A DNA stretch of 64,000 bases from the NCBI GenBank assembly GCA_964187785.1, contig OZ076419.1:24924001-24988000 (forward strand), in the 5' to 3' direction. A model generated the notes under the pieces. That model saw nothing but the letters and a program-made list of their open reading frames with translations, was not told the origin of the DNA and ran no database searches. The stretch is from Amphiscolops sp. MND2022 (Eukaryota). Position 1 is the stretch's first letter, and each line of letters opens with the position of its first letter. A program made the translations under genes and the position numbers. This document shows, piece by piece, positions 61,162-64,000 of the stretch.

Positions 61162-61351
61162 ATGAAGAGCAACAGCAATTTAATCTGAAGACTGTTGATA
61201 AACAATACGTTGCTCTATTTAGTTTGTAGACTAACAACTACTTAGTTTTGTACTATAAGCTCAATATCATTAATTTAAACTTTGAGCTACAGTAAACGTT
61301 ATCTTTTTATCTCTTTTCTTTAAACAAGCTATTCTCTAAGAATATTTTACA
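61162..61351 (+). repeat. 3' LTR of the decayed Gypsy
   Basis: TGAAGAGCAACAGC...TTTTACA, preceded by GGGGAA at 61156-61161. Confidence 0.8.
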
Positions 61352-62008
61352 ATAATTTTCACGTTTGCAACTGCGTTACTGCACATGCAGTTCTGGTGTT
61401 TTTCCCTTGCAAAAACTTGAAGCACCCCATAAAATTATACAATTGACGGGCATCTTTTTCTGAACCCCAAAAAGTGTCAGTTGGTTGATGAACAAAAACT
61501 CCTTCGAGTGTGGTGAAGTATTCATTGGCGGTTAATAGCAATTAGCCAATGTCATGTTTGCTTTCATCAATCACTGTTTATGTAAGCCTTCAGCTCTACT
61601 TTGTGCGAACTAACGTTGTCCTGGTAGCTAATTCACTCCAATGGGAGTAGGAATTAGCATCAGTCAGAAAGTTATCAAAACTTGGTGAAAATGGCCGCTT
61701 TTCTGTCACCTGGCTAATACGAAATATATGAAATTCCTGAAAAATGTTTTCAAAAGTGAAGCTCGGATCCTCGAACAATAAATACGGATCTGTTTCAGTA
61801 ATTTGTGACTTTTTAGATCGCATAGATGACGAATGTCCTACTTTTTTAAACGATGAGTTGCTTCATTTCGATTAGACTTTTCGGAATCTGACTTATTGGT
61901 GGGCGTATTCGATGAAAAGTTTCCATGATTGAATCGGTCATCTGATAATACTGAAAGGAAAATCGGAAAACAATTACAACCCGAATTATTCTCTAAATTA
62001 TAGCAAGA

Positions 62009-62571
62009 TTTTTAGTCGGCGCTTCATGAAGTGAAACGTGACTACTATAGTGACTCTTTTTAATTTTTTTTAAATCCACACGAACTGACCAAAATAGTTC
62101 TTGAAAGTTCTACGAAATTTTATGGTCCCAAATTGAATCATTTGCCCTAGCGAACTGGGCTTTTTTCGAGAATTTTTAGCAAACTGGGCTTTTTTAGCAA
62201 ACTTTTTTCCGATAAATTTTTCTCACCAAAGAGTCCTCCTTCACCCCGTCAAATTGGAGTTTCGCGACAGAATGGATGTTGAAAAATCCCAAAGGGACCC
62301 CCCTTTTAGTTATTTTTTTTAGCATTGTGAGACCTGTTTTTCAAAAACGTTTTTTTTCAAATTTTTTTCACCAAAGGGTTTCTCTTCAATTTTCTAGATG
62401 ATTTGCGACAAAATCGATGAAAAAATCTCAAAGCGTCTCTCTAGGGCGCCAAATTGGTCCAACTTCTGGGATTTTTCGGGTGCTCTAGAAGAGAATACTT
62501 TGACACTTTGAAGTCCTTTCGCTCTTTTTGAGCCTTAAATATGGCGCCGAATTGGGCCGGTCCCGGCTTGT
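62009..62571 (+). mobile_element. H1 copy (opposite orientation)
   Basis: TTTTTAGTCGGCGC ... GGCGCCGAATTGGGCCGGTCCCGGCTTGT. Confidence 0.75.
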
Positions 62572-63076
62572 TAAATGATACGTAGGCTTGGCTACAAGTA
62601 CAATTGCGATGCTGATTGTCAGTTGAAACCGCTAAATCATAGGCTGAAAAATTTCTAATAGGATAGCAAATCGGAAAGAATGAAGTAACGGACATTTGAT
62701 ATTGTTCCGAACAGCAAGTCCTGAACAGTATGTGTCCGAATGCCTCTTGAGGTTGAAAAAGCACAAGTCCTTCAAAACGTAACAAAGCTATTCTTGCAAA
62801 AAATCTCAATCTCACAGTGCCAATAACTCAAAGATTGGACACTATGCACTTAAAAACCTTTTTTCTAACTTGAAATATCAAAAAACTAGAGGGAAACCCT
62901 TCTGCGAAAATGAACTTATTTCGGACAAAAGTTGCAGCGGCGAAAATGAACCCACGTATTGCATTTGATTCCGAATAAATGATTAAATCTTACAACTTGA
63001 AAAAGAGGACCCTTCAAATAATTTTAAAATATGTAAAATTTTTATAAAATTTTCATGGTCACTTGGGCAGGATATA

Positions 63077-63659
63077 ACAAGACGGCGCTATATCTAAGGC
63101 TCAAAAAGTGCAAAGTTTTTAAACCTGTAAGAAAGAGGGACCCTTCGGGCTTTTTGAAAATCCAGTTTGTTGCAAAATATCTAATAAATTGAAGGGGGGA
63201 CCCCTTGGAGACAAAAAATTGAATTTTTAAAAATTTTTGAAAAAAAAAGAAAAATGAGAATTTTGAACAGTCTCATAGTACCGAAATACATAAAAGGCGA
63301 GACCCTTTGGGCTTTTTGGCACTTTAGTTTGCTGCAAAAGATCAAAAAAAAACCTGGAGGTACCCTTTGAAGGCAAAAAAATTGAAAAAGAGTCGCACAG
63401 TGCCGAAAAAAAATTGAAAGAGTCGCACAGTGCCGAAAAATGTTGCTCGAAAAAATTTCTGGCTAAAGCAAGGACTCGAACCCGTGACCGCTGGGTTCAC
63501 CGTAAACCGAGTAAAGACTCTACTGACGAGTACAAGTGAGCGAGTGAAGTCTATAAAAAGTGGTACATACACGATGAGGTCTGTGGTCTGACGAAAAAAA
63601 AAAGAAAAAAGCCACTGTAATAGTCGGGCTCTTTTCACTAGAAAAGCGCCGACTAAAAA
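63077..63659 (-). mobile_element. H1 copy lacking the terminal hairpin
   Basis: ACAAGACGGCGCTATATCTAAGGCTC ... TAGTCGGGCTCTTTTCACTAGAAAAGCGCCGACTAAAAA. Confidence 0.72.
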
Positions 63660-63927
63660 CAAAGCGGCGACTCCCGCTCAAAAGCGTAAAAGTTTCCGCA
63701 TTGAGCAAAAGTGCGGACTTTTGGCATTGTGTGTAGTCCTAAGCCTTTCACGTTTTAAGGCTAGAACGTGAAAACTTATCTGCCTTTCTATTTATTTGAC
63801 TGACGACTTTTTTTGAAAACCACTAAAAGAATGTTTTATAAAGTAACGTAGGTTTAGTATCAAAACGTTTTGTTATTGAACTCCAATGATATCCATACTA
63901 CAGAAATATGCGATGAATATGGAAAAA

Positions 63928-64000
63928 ACAAGCCGGGAACGGCCCAAGTCGGCGCCAAATCTAAGGCTCAAAAATAGCAAAAGGACTTCAAAGTGTCAAG
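63928..64000 (-). mobile_element. H1 copy truncated by the window end
   Basis: ACAAGCCGGGAACGGCCCAAGTCGGCGCCAAATCTAAGGCTC. Confidence 0.72.

Larger units (their letters stand above)
54029..61351 (+). mobile_element. Decayed Ty3/Gypsy LTR retrotransposon related to the intact element, with nested insertions
   Basis: Diverged LTR pair sharing GTAGACTAACAACTACTTAGTTTTGTAC and AACAAGCTATTCTC. PPT GGGGAA before the right LTR. Fragmented PR, RT, RH and IN motifs in Gypsy order. No TSD recoverable. Confidence 0.88.

Overview
AT-rich eukaryotic (animal, probably invertebrate) nuclear DNA made up almost entirely of transposable elements. There is no operon, rRNA or CRISPR content. The only convincing host gene is an uninterrupted class A (rhodopsin-like) GPCR ORF at 44349-45464. 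The largest feature is an intact, very young Ty3/Gypsy (Mag-like) LTR retrotransposon on the minus strand (11367-16867). It has 193-bp LTRs that look identical by eye, a 5-bp TSD and a single 1618-aa gag-pol ORF whose first ATG is formed across the LTR/primer-binding-site junction. A second, decayed relative (about 54029-61351) carries nested DNA-transposon insertions. The rest is non-autonomous DNA elements: (i) CMC/EnSpm-like TIR elements with 2-bp TSDs; (ii) Mutator/Foldback-like elements with 8-10-bp TSDs and tandem repeats inside their TIRs; (iii) two Helentron/DINE-1-like families (subterminal IRs plus a terminal hairpin), several copies of which carry tRNA-like Pol III modules; (iv) Tc1, LINE and possibly Penelope remnants, and a diverged array with a unit of about 185 bp. 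All calls come from reading the sequence by eye; no alignment or database search was run. I found no compelling new enzymatic system. The best candidates for something undescribed are the LTR/PBS-spanning start codon and the Helentron-like elements with tRNA-like cassettes.
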